Source of the DNA: an uncultured Dorea sp.
Lineage (GTDB): Bacteria; Bacillota; Clostridia; Lachnospirales; Lachnospiraceae
Direction of reading: 5' to 3'
Length of the DNA stretch: 64,000 bases
Assembly (NCBI GenBank): GCA_947652615.1
Contig: CANTDX010000005.1
Coordinates: 7,333-71,332 of the forward strand
Positions 63,468 through 64,000 of this stretch are shown here, piece after piece (position 1 is the first letter of the stretch; every line of letters begins with the position of its first letter). A model generated the notes under the pieces. The model did no database searches and was not told the origin of the DNA. It saw only the letters and a program-made list of their open reading frames with translations. The position numbers and the translations under genes were made by a program.

Positions 63468-64000
63468 CTAAACTACTGATGGTAACGCGTCCACTTCCAT
63501 TCTATCTGCAAACGAATTGAATAAAATAACAAAATGTTCCACAAATTCTTCTATCTTATTCTGATACTCACTGCACCAAAAAGAAAATAAAATATTCTCA
63601 TCCCCTAATGTCGATACTGTTTGTATAAACCACTGTTTAAAATCTGCAGTTGTATACTGATCAGCCTCTAACGGCCAATTATTGAAGCATATATCATAAT
63701 TAAATCCTACAACATTTGAGTGAGAGGATTGGAATCGTAAAAAAATCGAATGATCTTTCAAAAGTTCAAATATATCTTTTTCTATCATTAACGGCAAGAA
63801 CAGGAAGTTCCCGGCTTCTTCTATAGCTCGGGCTTTTGCTCTATATTCTGATTTGTTTGGCACATCACCATCAAGAACAATTATATTATTACAAAATTCC
63901 GGAACCTTTTTTTCAACCAACTGCACATAATTTGTCCAACCCAAATTTATGTCAATAAATGTCATAAACAAATCCAAATTAAGAGATAATGCATTTGATA
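63468..64000 (-). CDS. C-terminal part of a larger protein (open to the window edge); possible Toprim/OLD-family nuclease-like domain
   Basis: The reading frame has no stop between 63977 and 64000, so the gene continues outside the window. Low GC. NIIVLDGDVPNK (DxD) followed by FLFLPLMIEKDIFELL resembles the Toprim DxD/Glu region of OLD-type ATPase-nucleases. This assignment is weak. Confidence 0.35.
   Translation of the reverse strand, partial: SNALSLNLDLFMTFIDINLGWTNYVQLVEKKVPEFCNNIIVLDGDVPNKSEYRAKARAIEEAGNFLFLPLMIEKDIFELLKDHSIFLRFQSSHSNVVGFNYDICFNNWPLEADQYTTADFKQWFIQTVSTLGDENILFSFWCSEYQNKIEEFVEHFVILFNSFADRMEVDALPSVV

Overview
The window looks like a chromosomal segment of a Firmicutes/Clostridia-type genome; this taxon call is inferred only from the gene families present and strong GGAGG-type RBSs. 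About 58 credible CDSs were found and all but two lie on the minus strand. No rRNA, tRNA or CRISPR array was seen.

Layout from left to right:
(1) 0-2.7 kb: a DUF4180 protein, then a clpP paralog translationally coupled to a short MarA-like AraC regulator, then an XRE/membrane-protein pair.
(2) 2.7-8.7 kb: a LysR regulator followed by an operon of two NhaC-family transporters, a 409-aa protein of unknown function and an SDR.
(3) 8.8-27.3 kb: a mannoside/N-glycan utilisation locus. It holds GH38 alpha-mannosidase, YesL/YesM/YesN-like sensor genes, an LplABC-type ABC transporter, a DUF4432/aldose-epimerase-like protein, D-lyxose/mannose isomerase and GH2 beta-mannosidase. The locus has picked up foreign inserts: a low-GC two-gene cassette (3-TM protein plus small TIR-like protein), two copies of a 134-bp MITE-like element, and an orphan HipA-like kinase plus radical-SAM gene at the operon end.
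(4) 27.4-37.6 kb: an AraC regulator, a decayed ribose-type ABC operon (deletion fusion), SDR/Zn-ADH/ROK polyol genes, an AAA-ATPase/PD-(D/E)xK protein, a second ROK regulator and a HAD hydrolase.
(5) 37.8-49 kb: a bacterial microcompartment (BMC) locus of the sugar-phosphate-utilisation type. It encodes a DeoC-family aldolase, acylating aldehyde dehydrogenase, a PduS/RnfC-like Fe-S flavoprotein, a TIM paralog, Pta, 2 BMC-H, 1 BMC-T and 3 BMC-P.
(6) 49-63.3 kb: two sugar ABC transporters, two more Zn-ADHs (four across the 46-63 kb island), a second FGGY kinase, a Gfo/Idh/MocA oxidoreductase and a SorC regulator.
(7) At the right edge: a truncated low-GC gene with a Toprim/OLD-like DxD signature.

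The most interesting candidates are the TIR-like/3-TM cassette, the MITE whose insertion can be reconstructed to base-pair resolution, and unusual cargo features of the BMC locus.
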